A stretch of DNA of 62,323 nt, filler included, from a bacterium (lineage in GTDB: Bacteria > UBA9089 > CG2-30-40-21 > SBAY01), in NCBI GenBank assembly GCA_040757115.1. It is 11 parts of 11 records of this genome, joined end to end, with 100 filler letters (N's around TTAATTAATTAA, not from the genome) between each part and the next. Parts side by side here need not be neighbours in the genome. Positions count along the whole stretch, not along the records: positions 11,580 to 17,249 come from JBFLYA010000242.1; positions 17,350 to 22,950 come from JBFLYA010000243.1; 9 more parts are not named here. The stretch is one strand, 5' to 3'. Under the pieces are notes generated by a model. That model was not told the origin of the DNA, searched no databases, and saw nothing but the letters and a program-made list of their open reading frames with translations. Shown here piece after piece: positions 11,791-22,042 of the stretch. Both the position numbers and the translations under genes were made by a program. The first letter of the stretch is position 1, and each line of letters opens with the position of its first letter.

Positions 11791-13857
11791 ATGGCTATAG
11801 CAAGAGCACAAACAGTTCCAAGATTAACCTGGATGCAGCAGGCAGATATATTAATCGCGATATTTATACTTTGTATCATCGTAATGCTGGTTATTCCACT
11901 ACCACCATTATTTATTGATTTATCCATCGCTATGAATTTAACCTTAGCCATTGTGGTTATTTTATCTGTGAGTTACTTATCTAAAGTTACTGATTTTTCT
12001 GTATTTCCATCTCTTTTATTGGTAACGACTGTGTATCGGTTAGCGATTGAAGTTTCTACCGCAAGACTTATTCTCAACGGACGGGGTGGAGAGGTAGGGA
12101 TTGTGCGGACATTTGGAACATTTGTCGTGGGCGGGAATTTAGTTGTTGGGATTGTGATATTTCTGATTTTAGTTATAATTCAACTTTTAGTGATTGTGCG
12201 AGGGACAATGCGGGTTTCAGAGGTAGCGGCAAGATTTACCTTAGATGCTATGCCAGGCAGACAGATGGCGATTGATGCGGATTTGAATGCGGGTTATATT
12301 ACGGAAAAAGAGGCGGCAGATAGACGAATGCAAATCCGTAAAGAAGCAGATTTCTACGGTGCAATGGATGGTGCGGCAAGATTTGTTCAGGGAGATGTTA
12401 TTGCTGGTGTGGTTATTGCCGCTATCAATATCATCGGTGGCTTAACGATTGGTGTTTTAATGCGTGGTGAACCATTAGCCGATGCATTCCACGATTATAC
12501 AACTTATACCGTTGGCTGTGCACTTTCGGCTCAAATACCAGCATTCCTCATCTCCGTGGCTACAGGTTTAATCGTGGCAAGGGCGGCTACTGAAGAAAAT
12601 TTAGGATTAGATGCGGTTAATCAATTAACCGCTCAACCCAGAGTGTTATGGATAGCCACCGGCTCTTTAATCTTCTTCTTACTTACGCCTTTACCTAAAA
12701 TTCCTTTGATTCTTGTTGCCACAACCATTGGCTCAATCGCTTATTTAATGAGTAAATCGTTGAAGGTAGAAGAAAAGAAAACAGTAGAGGAGAAAAAGAA
12801 AAAGGAGTTAGAATGGCTTAAAAAACCTGAAAGTGTCACCTCTTTACTGGCTATGGACCCAATGGAACTTGAGATTGGCTATGCACTCATCCCTCTTGTT
12901 GACCCGGAACAAGGTGGGGATTTATTAGATAGAGTGACTATGCTTCGCCGACAATCAGCCCTTGAATTAGGAATAGTTGTTCCGCCAATTAGAATTAGAG
13001 ATAATATTCAACTAAAACCAAATACTTATGTTATTAAAATAAGAGGATTTGAGATAGGTAAAGGCACTATAAAAATCGACCGGTATCTGGCAATGAATCC
13101 CGGAACAATAACTGAAGAAATAGAAGGCGAGACAACAATAGAACCCGCCTATGGTTCTCAGGCTATCTGGATTAAAGAAGAACAAAGAGAAGAGGCAGAG
13201 AAAATGGGCTATTCCATAATTGACCCTCCAACAATTATCTCAACTCATCTCCAGAAAATAATAAGACAAAACGCCCCGGATTTAGTTACCAGACAGGATG
13301 TTCAAAGTTTAATAGATACCCTCAAACAAAATCATCCAACAGTCGTTGCAGAATTAATCCCCAGCCAATTAAGTTTAGGTGAGGTTCAGAAGGTATTACA
13401 TAATCTTTTACGAGAGGGGATTTCAATTCGTGATTTATTAACTATTGCTGAGGTATTAGCGGATTGGGCACCAAAAACCAAAGATATTGGCTTTCTAACT
13501 GAACAGGTAAGGATGAGTCTGGCAAGACAGATTATTCGACAATATTCGAGAGATGGCATTTTATCCGCCATCACCTTACATCCAAAATTAGAGAATGAAA
13601 TGGCTGATAATCTTCAACAAACATCAGAAGGAGAACAAGTTATACTTGACCCAATCAGACTTCAGAAGATTATTCTGGCACTTCAGGAAGAGATAAAGAA
13701 AAATATTAAGGAAGACCCTGTTATTTTATGTTCTCCCAGAATAAGAAGGCATTTTAAAAATTTAATTATGAACTCAATCCCTCAAATAGGTGTTATATCA
13801 TATAATGAAATAACAAATGTCGAAGTAAAATCAGTGGGGATGGTGAGTGTATCATGA
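11791..13857 (+). CDS. flhA: Flagellar export apparatus protein FlhA
   Basis: FSVFPSLLL, RVSEVAARFTLDAMPG, EADFYGAMDGA; followed by flhF/flhG. Confidence 0.97.
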   Translation: MAIARAQTVPRLTWMQQADILIAIFILCIIVMLVIPLPPLFIDLSIAMNLTLAIVVILSVSYLSKVTDFSVFPSLLLVTTVYRLAIEVSTARLILNGRGGEVGIVRTFGTFVVGGNLVVGIVIFLILVIIQLLVIVRGTMRVSEVAARFTLDAMPGRQMAIDADLNAGYITEKEAADRRMQIRKEADFYGAMDGAARFVQGDVIAGVVIAAINIIGGLTIGVLMRGEPLADAFHDYTTYTVGCALSAQIPAFLISVATGLIVARAATEENLGLDAVNQLTAQPRVLWIATGSLIFFLLTPLPKIPLILVATTIGSIAYLMSKSLKVEEKKTVEEKKKKELEWLKKPESVTSLLAMDPMELEIGYALIPLVDPEQGGDLLDRVTMLRRQSALELGIVVPPIRIRDNIQLKPNTYVIKIRGFEIGKGTIKIDRYLAMNPGTITEEIEGETTIEPAYGSQAIWIKEEQREEAEKMGYSIIDPPTIISTHLQKIIRQNAPDLVTRQDVQSLIDTLKQNHPTVVAELIPSQLSLGEVQKVLHNLLREGISIRDLLTIAEVLADWAPKTKDIGFLTEQVRMSLARQIIRQYSRDGILSAITLHPKLENEMADNLQQTSEGEQVILDPIRLQKIILALQEEIKKNIKEDPVILCSPRIRRHFKNLIMNSIPQIGVISYNEITNVEVKSVGMVSVS

Positions 13858-15077
13858 TGAAATATAAAACTTATGAGGCATTAACTTTACAGCAAGCGAT
13901 ATTAAAAATGACGATTGACCTGGGAAAAGATGCGTTATTAGTCAGTCATCGAAATATACGCAAAGGTGGGGTATGGGGATTATTTGGGCAAAAAATGGTT
14001 GAGGTAACAGCGGCTGTGCCAATGAAATCTGTTCCTGTGCCACCAACTTTACCTAAAACATCTCAAATCATCACCTCGTCTGCTACCCCGCCCCCGGCAC
14101 AACGAGTCATCTATTCTACTCCAACTCCACCTCAACCTTCTATTTACTACCCATCTCCAAAACCATCACCTCCCCTAAAGGGAAAAGAGGTAGATACTAC
14201 TTCGGCTGTCCATAAAGAACTTCTGGAGATAAAGGCAAAAATGGAGAGTATGCTTGGCGAAGTCCGAGGCGGCAAAGGACCTACTTACAAATATCCAGGT
14301 AAATCAGGAGAGTTATACATCCGATTACTCCAGAATGAAGTGGATGAAACATTATCTGAAACATTAATTAAAAGAGTAATTGCTGAATCACCAGGACCCC
14401 TTTTAGAAGACGAATATTATATCGAAGAAAGACTCAGGAATCATATTAGTAGTCTGATTAAAATAGGTAGTCCTATTCAACTTGTTGATGGTAGCCCAAA
14501 GATAATCTGTTTAATCGGTCCAACAGGCATTGGTAAGACAACAACATTAGCTAAATTAGCCGCAGATTTTGCCTTTGAAAAGCGTAAAAAGGTAGCGATT
14601 ATAACCGTTGATACATACCGTATTGCGGCTGTCGAGCAACTCAAGGCTTATGCCGAGATATTAAATCTACCATTAGAGGTCGTATTTACGCCTTCTGAAT
14701 TTAAAACGGCTATTGATAAATCCTCTGAGTCTAATCTGATTTTGATTGATACCGCCGGCAGGTCTCAACGAAATTCTATGCAATTGGTTGAACTAAAAAG
14801 CTTTATTGATTCCGCAGGCTATCGCCTTGAGATTTTTCTACTATTAAGTGCCACAACCAAGGATAAAGAATTAATTGATATTGTTGATAATTTTAAAAAG
14901 GTCTCTTTTCATAAACTCATATTTACGAAATTGGATGAAACGGTTACCTTTGGTCCAATATTGAATCTTTCAACACAGATTCCACAAGGGATAGCTTATG
15001 TTACTACGGGACAGAATGTTCCTGAAGATATTGAAGAGGCTAATGCCAATAAATTGGCGAAATTGATTATACAGTAG
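13854..15077 (+). CDS. flhF: Flagellar SRP-like GTPase FlhF
   Basis: GPTGIGKTTTLAKLA, DTYRIAAVEQL, DTAGRS, TKLDET. Confidence 0.95.
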   Translation: MMKYKTYEALTLQQAILKMTIDLGKDALLVSHRNIRKGGVWGLFGQKMVEVTAAVPMKSVPVPPTLPKTSQIITSSATPPPAQRVIYSTPTPPQPSIYYPSPKPSPPLKGKEVDTTSAVHKELLEIKAKMESMLGEVRGGKGPTYKYPGKSGELYIRLLQNEVDETLSETLIKRVIAESPGPLLEDEYYIEERLRNHISSLIKIGSPIQLVDGSPKIICLIGPTGIGKTTTLAKLAADFAFEKRKKVAIITVDTYRIAAVEQLKAYAEILNLPLEVVFTPSEFKTAIDKSSESNLILIDTAGRSQRNSMQLVELKSFIDSAGYRLEIFLLLSATTKDKELIDIVDNFKKVSFHKLIFTKLDETVTFGPILNLSTQIPQGIAYVTTGQNVPEDIEEANANKLAKLIIQ

Positions 15078-15116
15078 GAGGCGAAGGGTCATTTCCTGCA
15101 CTCTACTTCTCAAGAG

Positions 15117-16022
15117 GTGAAATCAATGTTAGACCAGGCAGAAAATCTTAGACAACTGGTTAGACAAAGACAGATTGAAGAAGGGTTTATGTTGCCCGGC
15201 TGTAAGATAATAACCATAACAAGTGGTAAAGGAGGCGTTGGAAAAACTAATCTAACTGTAAATTTAGCCATCTCTTTTGCCTTAATGAATAAACGGGTCC
15301 TGATTTTAGATGCAGACCTGGGATTATCAAATGTAAATATTGTCATTGGTTTAGTGCCACCACCAAAATATAATCTATTTCATGTCATTAGCGGGCAAAA
15401 GGAGATTAAGGAGATTTTGGCTGATGGTCCCTGCGGCGTGAAGGTGATTACCGGGGCAGTTGGAGTTACCAGACTTTCCAATATTTCAGCCAGAAAACGC
15501 AAACAATTTATTGACAAATTAAGTAGTTTATTTGACTCATTTGATTTGATTTTAATTGATACCTCTGCGGGTATTTCACCAAATGTGCTATCATTTATCT
15601 TAGCCGCTAATGAGGTAGTGTTAATTACTACCCCTGAACCCACGGCTATTGCTGATGCTTACGGCGTAATAAAGGCAAGTTCATCTATGAACAATGATGT
15701 TAACCTGAAATTAGTGGTTAATAGAATAACAAATATTATGGAAGGGAAAAAGGTTGCTGACCGAATAGTAAATATCGCCGGTCAATTCTTAAATGTCAAG
15801 GTAGAAAATGTTGGGTATCTTTTAGATGACCCTGTGGTGGCAAGGGCAGTTAGGGAACAAGCACCGTTCTTCCTCGCTTATCCAAAATCAAAGGCAACAG
15901 ATTGTATTTATCACATCCGTAATAAACTGGCTAATATACCTGATGATTCACTTAAGTATGGCATTAAGGGGTTTTTCAAACGATTATTTAGTTCAAATGG
16001 AGATGAACATCTATGGGATTAA
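15117..16022 (+). CDS. flhG: MinD-like flagellar ATPase FlhG/FleN
   Basis: DQAENLR, SGKGGVGKT, DADLGL, TPEPTAIADAY. Confidence 0.92.
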   Translation: MKSMLDQAENLRQLVRQRQIEEGFMLPGCKIITITSGKGGVGKTNLTVNLAISFALMNKRVLILDADLGLSNVNIVIGLVPPPKYNLFHVISGQKEIKEILADGPCGVKVITGAVGVTRLSNISARKRKQFIDKLSSLFDSFDLILIDTSAGISPNVLSFILAANEVVLITTPEPTAIADAYGVIKASSSMNNDVNLKLVVNRITNIMEGKKVADRIVNIAGQFLNVKVENVGYLLDDPVVARAVREQAPFFLAYPKSKATDCIYHIRNKLANIPDDSLKYGIKGFFKRLFSSNGDEHLWD

Positions 16023-16393
16023 AGATGGGTTTTTCGGTTGCTTTAATTAGTTCTTTTATTAACGGAGTAGTTACTTATTTTAAATTTTATCAGTATATCT
16101 CCAATGCTGAATTAGTTCTATTGATATTCTTACGAGTCCTGATTACATTTATTATATTTTTTGGATTAACCATAGGGATTTATGTATTTCTACAAAAGGA
16201 AATACCACAAATATCTGGTAAAAAAGTGCGTCCAAAAAAACCAACAAAAATAGACTATGTCTTACCCTCTGTTTCTCCTGCTGGAGAGAAAATTACAAAA
16301 ACAGAGGAAAAAGAAACACAGTCAGAAGAAACAATAAAACAGGATGCAGAAGCATTGGCTATGGTAATAAAAACAATGATGGCGGAAGAATAA
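16013..16393 (+). CDS. Hypothetical membrane protein downstream of flhG
   Basis: Two hydrophobic segments; overlaps the end of flhG. Confidence 0.6.
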   Translation: MGLKMGFSVALISSFINGVVTYFKFYQYISNAELVLLIFLRVLITFIIFFGLTIGIYVFLQKEIPQISGKKVRPKKPTKIDYVLPSVSPAGEKITKTEEKETQSEETIKQDAEALAMVIKTMMAEE

Positions 16394-16394
16394 A

Positions 16395-16712
16395 CTGGTA
16401 ATTGGTAAGTGGTAATTGGTAACTGGTAATTGGTAATTGGTTAAATAGTTTCGTCCTGAGCTCAGCCGGTAATCCCTCAGTTATCAGTGGTAAAAACTAA
16501 ATAGAAATTTTCTCTCGCAAAGACGCAAAGTTCGCAAAGATTATAATTTATTCCTTTGCGTTCTTTGCGCCTTAGCGAGAAATTTAATCTTTATGCCTTT
16601 CTTCCACCAATAACTGACCGATTACCTCAGCCGAACGGTATTTAATTACCAGTTACCAATTACCAGTTACCAGAATCGAATTCCGTGCGTTATTTGTTCA
16701 ACACGACATTAG
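16395..16712. mobile_element. TGTCGTGTTGA-end MITE (left end lost) containing a nested GTAA-end element at 16469-16625
   Basis: Near-identical to ~54213-54473; inner element flanked by CTCAGCCG at 16461-16468 and 16626-16633; empty version at 23666-23855. Confidence 0.88.
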
Positions 16713-17020
16713 GACCTGGTTTTCTGGAGAGCATCTATCACAATGCCTTGAAGGTTGAGTTTGCAAGACAGAACATCATCTTTGAATCAGAAAAAGAAGT
16801 CAAGATATTCTATCAAGGTGTTGAGGTTGGGATTCATAGACTTGATCTTTTTGTTGAAGATGAGATTGTGGTAGAGATTAAAACTGTTGAGGAGATAAGT
16901 GGGAAGTATTATAATCAGGTTAGATCCTACCTTAGAGCAGTGGATAAAGAAATAGGGTTACTGGTAAATTTCGCAGACTCCGGGATTGATGTCCGAAGGG
17001 TGGAGCAAGAAAAAGTTTGA
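16709..17020 (+). pseudogene. GxxExxY protein, 5'-truncated by the MITE
   Basis: LGPGFLESIY..RLDLFVED..VEIK..GLLVNF; the N-terminal helix is replaced by the MITE end. Confidence 0.8.
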
Positions 17021-17137
17021 GCCATTTCTCCAATTCTCCCTTTTCCCCATTTCCCCTGAAAATAGGCTGAAGGCTGAAGGGTATAGGCTGAAGTTTTGAA
17101 CGCTGTTTCCTTCAGCCTTCAGCCTTTATTTTCATCG

Positions 17138-17249
17138 TCCTCGTATAATATATATTGTTGGTCATTTTGAATGCCACAATCCTAATTCCTTATTAAAGCC
17201 CCCAAGATTGGGGGGTGGGGGTTGAAAATAAAATTAAAAAATTAATTAT
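17138..17249. repeat. Dispersed ~112-bp repeat, inverted copy at 40106-40217
   Basis: Near-identical reverse complement; both copies lie near contig ends. Confidence 0.85.
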
Positions 17250-17382
17250 NNNNNNNNNNNNNNNNNNNNNNNNNNNNNNNNNNNNNNNNNNNNTTAATTA
17301 ATTAANNNNNNNNNNNNNNNNNNNNNNNNNNNNNNNNNNNNNNNNNNNNGTCAACTTCAACACTGGGAGGGAGGCAAAGGGC

Positions 17383-18219
17383 ATGAGAATCAAGCCGCTC
17401 TTTATAGAACAGATTGTCAAGAAAACATTATTTTTAGGCACTGCCTTAACGGTCTTAATTTTATTATTCATTATCTTCTATGTGCTCAAGAATGGGCTGG
17501 CAGTAATAGATTTAGAATTTCTTTTAAGTTCACCAAAAGAACTCGGCAGAGCTGGAGGAATATTCCCCTGCATTATAGGAACAATTATCCTTCCCGTAGT
17601 AGCAATTCTCATTGCCACGCCGCTTGGTGTTGGCACTGCCATCTATTTAACAGAATACACAAGAGAGAGTCGGTTGACAAAAATAATTAGATTTGGCACT
17701 GAATGTCTGGCTGGAGTGCCATCTATTATCTTTGGTTTATTTGGATTTGTTCTTTTTGTTGTTTATCTTGGTTTTGGTTGGTCAATTCTCTCTGGAGGAT
17801 TTACATTGGCTTTTATGATTCTGCCAACAATAATTCGCACTTCGGAGGAGGCAATTAAATCTGTGCCTTATGCCTATCGTGAGGTAAGTTTTTCACTTGG
17901 CGGAACCAAATGGCAAAGTATTACCAGAGTTGTGCTTCCTCAAGCATTACCCGGAATAGTTACCGGCATAATCTTAGGTATAGGTAGAAGTATCGGCGAG
18001 ACCGCCGCGGTAATATTTACGGCTGGTTCATCCTTACAAATCCCGGATTCTTTATTTGATTCAAGTAGAACGATGGCTGTCCATTTTTACATTTTGACCC
18101 GCGAGGGTATCTCTATGCAAAATGCCTACGGCACAGCCACTATCCTGATAATTGCTATTTTATTAATTAATCTCTTTGCCTACTGGTTGATGCACCGGTT
18201 TATGGCAAAGTTTTCCTGA
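17383..18219 (+). CDS. pstA: Phosphate ABC transporter permease PstA
   Basis: AIYLTEY, LAGVPSIIFGLFG, GRSIGETAA. Confidence 0.93.
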   Translation: MRIKPLFIEQIVKKTLFLGTALTVLILLFIIFYVLKNGLAVIDLEFLLSSPKELGRAGGIFPCIIGTIILPVVAILIATPLGVGTAIYLTEYTRESRLTKIIRFGTECLAGVPSIIFGLFGFVLFVVYLGFGWSILSGGFTLAFMILPTIIRTSEEAIKSVPYAYREVSFSLGGTKWQSITRVVLPQALPGIVTGIILGIGRSIGETAAVIFTAGSSLQIPDSLFDSSRTMAVHFYILTREGISMQNAYGTATILIIAILLINLFAYWLMHRFMAKFS

Positions 18220-18333
18220 TAGGGTTTAACAATAGGGCTTCACGAAATTATAAAGTAAGTAATCGGTTAAATGGTAATTGGTAACTAATTACCATTCACC
18301 AGTTACCAATTACCAAAAATATGGAGTGCAAAA

Positions 18334-19089
18334 TTGGAAGATAAAATTATCGTTAAAGACCTTAACCTTTACTTTGGCTCATTTTGTGCTCTGAAATCTA
18401 TTAATCTGGAGATTAGAGCGAATGAGATTTTAGCCATTATTGGGCCGGCAAAATCAGGAAAAACTACATTTTTACGCAGTTTAAATAGATTAAATGACTT
18501 AATTCATAATGTAAAAGTAGAAGGCGAGGTTCATCTTGATGGTAAAAATATTTACAAAGAGGATATTTCACTTAGCTGGCTTCGACGAAAGGTAGGAATG
18601 GTATTTGCCCTGCCGGTTCCACTTCCAGGAAGTATATTTGAAAATATTACCTACGGACCTAAACTGGCTGGTGTTACTTCTAAAGAGACACTTGCATATC
18701 TGGTCGAGAAGAGTCTAAATGCCGCATTTTTATGGGATGAGGTAAAAGATAGACTGCATACCTCTGCACTTAAACTCTCTGGTGGTCAACAACAGCGATT
18801 ATGTATTGCCCGCACATTAGCCTTAGAGCCTGAGGTAATTTTATTAGACGAGCCCTGCTCAGGACTTGACCCAATCTCTACCGCTAAAATAGAAGAGGCA
18901 CTCCATAAATTAAAAAAAGAATATACTATAGTTCTTGTAACAAACAATACAAAACAAGCGGCAAGGGTATCAGATAACACCGCATTCTTTTTAATGGGAA
19001 ATTTGGTAGAATATGGTTTAACAGACCATATTTTTACTGTCCCTCAGGATAAAAGGACCGAAGATTATATCTCCGGAAGGTTTGGATAA
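18334..19089 (+). CDS. pstB: Phosphate ABC transporter ATPase PstB paralogue 1 (atypical Walker A, Q-loop and H-loop)
   Basis: GPAKSGKT, LSGGQQQRLCIAR, DEPCSGLDP, TEDYISGRFG. Confidence 0.9.
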   Translation: MEDKIIVKDLNLYFGSFCALKSINLEIRANEILAIIGPAKSGKTTFLRSLNRLNDLIHNVKVEGEVHLDGKNIYKEDISLSWLRRKVGMVFALPVPLPGSIFENITYGPKLAGVTSKETLAYLVEKSLNAAFLWDEVKDRLHTSALKLSGGQQQRLCIARTLALEPEVILLDEPCSGLDPISTAKIEEALHKLKKEYTIVLVTNNTKQAARVSDNTAFFLMGNLVEYGLTDHIFTVPQDKRTEDYISGRFG

Positions 19090-19091
19090 AA

Positions 19092-19847
19092 ATGACAGAT
19101 AAAATTGAAATCACCAATCTATCATTTTATTATGGTAACTTTTTAGCATTAAAAAATGTCCAGATGAATATTAAAGAAAAGGCAGTTACGGCTTTAATCG
19201 GACCATCAGGCTGTGGGAAATCAACATTGCTTCGCACACTTAATCGAACAAATGAATTACTCGAAGGAACAAAGGTAGAGGGAAAGGTGCTAATTGACCA
19301 GCAGGATATTTATGCCCCTCAAACCGATATAATCCAATTGCGAAAAAAGGTAGGTATGGTTTTTCAACGGCCCAATTGTTTTCCGTTATCTATCTATGAT
19401 AATGTGGCTTACGGACCAAAGGTTCATGGCATCAAGAAAAAGGTTGAATTAGACAGAATAGTAGAGAAAAGCCTGATTGCCACATTGCTTTTTGATGAAT
19501 TAAAAGATAAATTAAAACAATCCGCATTAAGTCTATCGTTAGAACATCAACAACGACTATGTATCGCTCGTGTTCTGGCTTTAGGTTCGGAGATTATTTT
19601 ACTTGATGAGCCTTGCTCTGCCCTTGACCCAATTACTACCTTACGCATTGAAGAGCTATTAGCAGACCTCAAAAAGGATTACACGATTGTCATTGTTACT
19701 CATAACATGCAACAGGCGGCAAGGGTCTCAGATTATTCTGGTTATATGTTATTAGGGGAACTTGTTGAATTTGACCGAACATCTAAAATATTCACCAACC
19801 CGCAGGATAGACGAACCGAAGATTATATCACCGGAAGGTTTGGGTAA
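19092..19847 (+). CDS. pstB: Phosphate ABC transporter ATPase PstB paralogue 2 (degenerate signature motif)
   Basis: GPSGCGKST, LSLEHQQRL, VTHNMQQAARVSD. Confidence 0.9.
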   Translation: MTDKIEITNLSFYYGNFLALKNVQMNIKEKAVTALIGPSGCGKSTLLRTLNRTNELLEGTKVEGKVLIDQQDIYAPQTDIIQLRKKVGMVFQRPNCFPLSIYDNVAYGPKVHGIKKKVELDRIVEKSLIATLLFDELKDKLKQSALSLSLEHQQRLCIARVLALGSEIILLDEPCSALDPITTLRIEELLADLKKDYTIVIVTHNMQQAARVSDYSGYMLLGELVEFDRTSKIFTNPQDRRTEDYITGRFG

Positions 19848-19872
19848 ATAAATGGTAATTGGTAATTGGTAA

Positions 19873-20073
19873 GTAATAAGTCAGTTATTTGGGGGAATGA
19901 ACATTAACCTGCGGAGAACAAAGCAATGAAAATAGTAGGCAAGTAGGTAGTAGGTAAGTAGGAAAGGGATAAAGGATGTGCACGGTATTCCTCTTCTGGG
20001 GGCAATGTCTCCCCCTTTCCTACTCTCCTACTTCCTACTTTCAGGAGAATCCCCCATTTCACTGACCCATTAC
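19873..20073. mobile_element. 201-bp GTAA-end miniature element between pstB and phoU
   Basis: Ends GTAATAAGTCAGT / ACTGACCCATTAC; perfect ATTGGTAA duplication at 19865-19872 and 20074-20081; interior 19920-20024 recurs at 62214-62318. Confidence 0.85.
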
Positions 20074-20141
20074 ATTGGTAACTATTGTCACCAGTTACCG
20101 CTTACCAATTACCAATTACCAAAAGAAAGGAGGACACAAAA

Positions 20142-20810
20142 ATGGAAAGATTTTTTGATGAGGAATTAGAAGAATTGAAGGCGAAGCTACTTTATATGGC
20201 TGAGATAGCAGAAAAGATGATAGAATTGGCTATTCGTGGATTAATAGAACGGAATAAGGATTTAGCCTCGGGGGTGTTTAAGGCTGAGAAGGAAATAAAT
20301 ATACTTCATATTGAGGTGGATGAATTGTGCCTGCGGCTCATTGCCCTACGACAACCAACGGCTAAAGACTTGAGATTTATTACCGCCGCAATGAAGATAA
20401 ACAGCGAATTAGAACGAATTGGAGACCAATCTGTCAATATCTCAGAAAATACTGAGGTCTACTTAAATTATCCTGAAGTAAAACCATTAATTGATACCCC
20501 ACGCATGGCAGAGATTGCCAGACAAATGGTCAAAGATAGTCTATCTTCATTTGTAGATAAGGATGTAGAGTTAGCTCGCTCTGTCCTTCGACGCGATGAT
20601 GAAGTAGATGGCTTACGAGACCAGATATTTCGCGAGCTTTTAACTTATATGATGTCAGACCTGACGAAGATTCAACCAGCATTAGCCTTAATTCTTATTG
20701 CCCGAAATATCGAACGGATAGCCGACCACGCCACAAATATCAGCGAAGATGTAGTATTTATGGTTTTAGGCAAGGATATAAGACATCATATTGAAGAAGT
20801 GAGGGAATGA
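20142..20810 (+). CDS. phoU: Phosphate regulon protein PhoU (start revised)
   Basis: QPTAKDLR, ELERIGD, IERIADHATNI; AGGAGG RBS before ATG at 20142. Confidence 0.95.
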   Translation: MERFFDEELEELKAKLLYMAEIAEKMIELAIRGLIERNKDLASGVFKAEKEINILHIEVDELCLRLIALRQPTAKDLRFITAAMKINSELERIGDQSVNISENTEVYLNYPEVKPLIDTPRMAEIARQMVKDSLSSFVDKDVELARSVLRRDDEVDGLRDQIFRELLTYMMSDLTKIQPALALILIARNIERIADHATNISEDVVFMVLGKDIRHHIEEVRE

Positions 20811-20819
20811 TTGCAAACA

Positions 20820-22001
20820 TTAGAATTGCAGGGCACAAGATTTAATTCTTGAGATTACTTCTTTTAATCTTTGCTCATCAACCGTTAATGCGAATCGTAT
20901 GTAGCCCTCTCCATAATCTCCAAATCCCACACCCGGCGTAGTCACAATACCTGCTTTTTCAATAAGTTGAGTCGTGAGTTTTGTTGAGGTAAGATGATTT
21001 GGGGTGGATAGCCAGATGTAAAAAGTCGCTTTAGATTTTTTTACCTTCAAACCTAAACTATTCAAACCATCGCTTAAAACATCTCGTCGAGATTGATACA
21101 TTGTTCGCATCTGCTCTACACAATCCTGAGAAGATGTAAGTGCTTTAATTGCCGCATATTGCACTGCCTGAAATATCCCGGAGTCAATATTAGTCTTGAC
21201 TTTGAGGAGTCCCGAGAGCACCTTTTCATTTCCAACAGCAAATCCAATTCGCCAGCCCGTCATATTATAGGTTTTAGAAAGGGAATGAAATTCTATCCCA
21301 ACTTCTTTCGCACCATCTACCTCAAGGAAACTTACTGGCTTTATCCCATCAAAATAAATCTCAGAATATGCCGCATCATGACAGACAATAATGTTGTATT
21401 TATTGGCAAATTCTACGACTTGCTGGAAAAACTTTAGACTGCAAGTAGCCGAAGTAGGATTATTCGGGTAATTAAGAAAGAGTAACTTTGCTTGAGAAAG
21501 AATATTATCTGGTATTTCACTCAAATCAGGTAAAAAATCATTCTGTTCTCTTAATGGAAGTGAGTATGGCGTTGCCCCGGCTAATATCGTTGCAGATTGA
21601 TACACAGGATAGCCCGGGTCAGGAACTAAAACTACATCATTTGTCTCAACAAAGGCAAAAGGAATATGGGCAATTCCTTCTTTCGAGCCAATCAAAGGTA
21701 AAACTTCTTTTTCCGGGTCTAATTCTACGCCAAATCTATTTTTATACCAGTTAGCAATCGCGACTCTAAGTTCTAAAAGTCCATTATAAGAGGGATATTG
21801 ATGGTTTTTAGGGTCGTATGATGCCTGATTTAATGCCTCAATGATATGATTTGGTGTAGGCATATCCGGGTCTCCAATACTTACATCAATCAAATCTATC
21901 CCTTTTTTCCTTGCCTCTTGTTTCAACTCATCAATTTTAGCAAATAAATAGGGTGGTAATGCGGCTATTCGATTAGCCATTTCTATTTTAATCTTACTCA
22001 A
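20820..22001 (-). CDS. dapL: LL-diaminopimelate aminotransferase
   Basis: LPPYLFA, LNYPNNPT, HSLSKTYNMTGWRIG; next to dapB. Confidence 0.88.
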   Translation of the reverse strand: MSKIKIEMANRIAALPPYLFAKIDELKQEARKKGIDLIDVSIGDPDMPTPNHIIEALNQASYDPKNHQYPSYNGLLELRVAIANWYKNRFGVELDPEKEVLPLIGSKEGIAHIPFAFVETNDVVLVPDPGYPVYQSATILAGATPYSLPLREQNDFLPDLSEIPDNILSQAKLLFLNYPNNPTSATCSLKFFQQVVEFANKYNIIVCHDAAYSEIYFDGIKPVSFLEVDGAKEVGIEFHSLSKTYNMTGWRIGFAVGNEKVLSGLLKVKTNIDSGIFQAVQYAAIKALTSSQDCVEQMRTMYQSRRDVLSDGLNSLGLKVKKSKATFYIWLSTPNHLTSTKLTTQLIEKAGIVTTPGVGFGDYGEGYIRFALTVDEQRLKEVISRIKSCALQF

Positions 22002-22042
22002 TGTTATTCCTCCTCTACTTTCAAGGTTATAAATCGTAACTG

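Noticed and set aside
16685-17020. Intact 111-aa GxxExxY gene
   Set aside because: Its first eight codons come from the MITE end, and the native N-terminus is missing.
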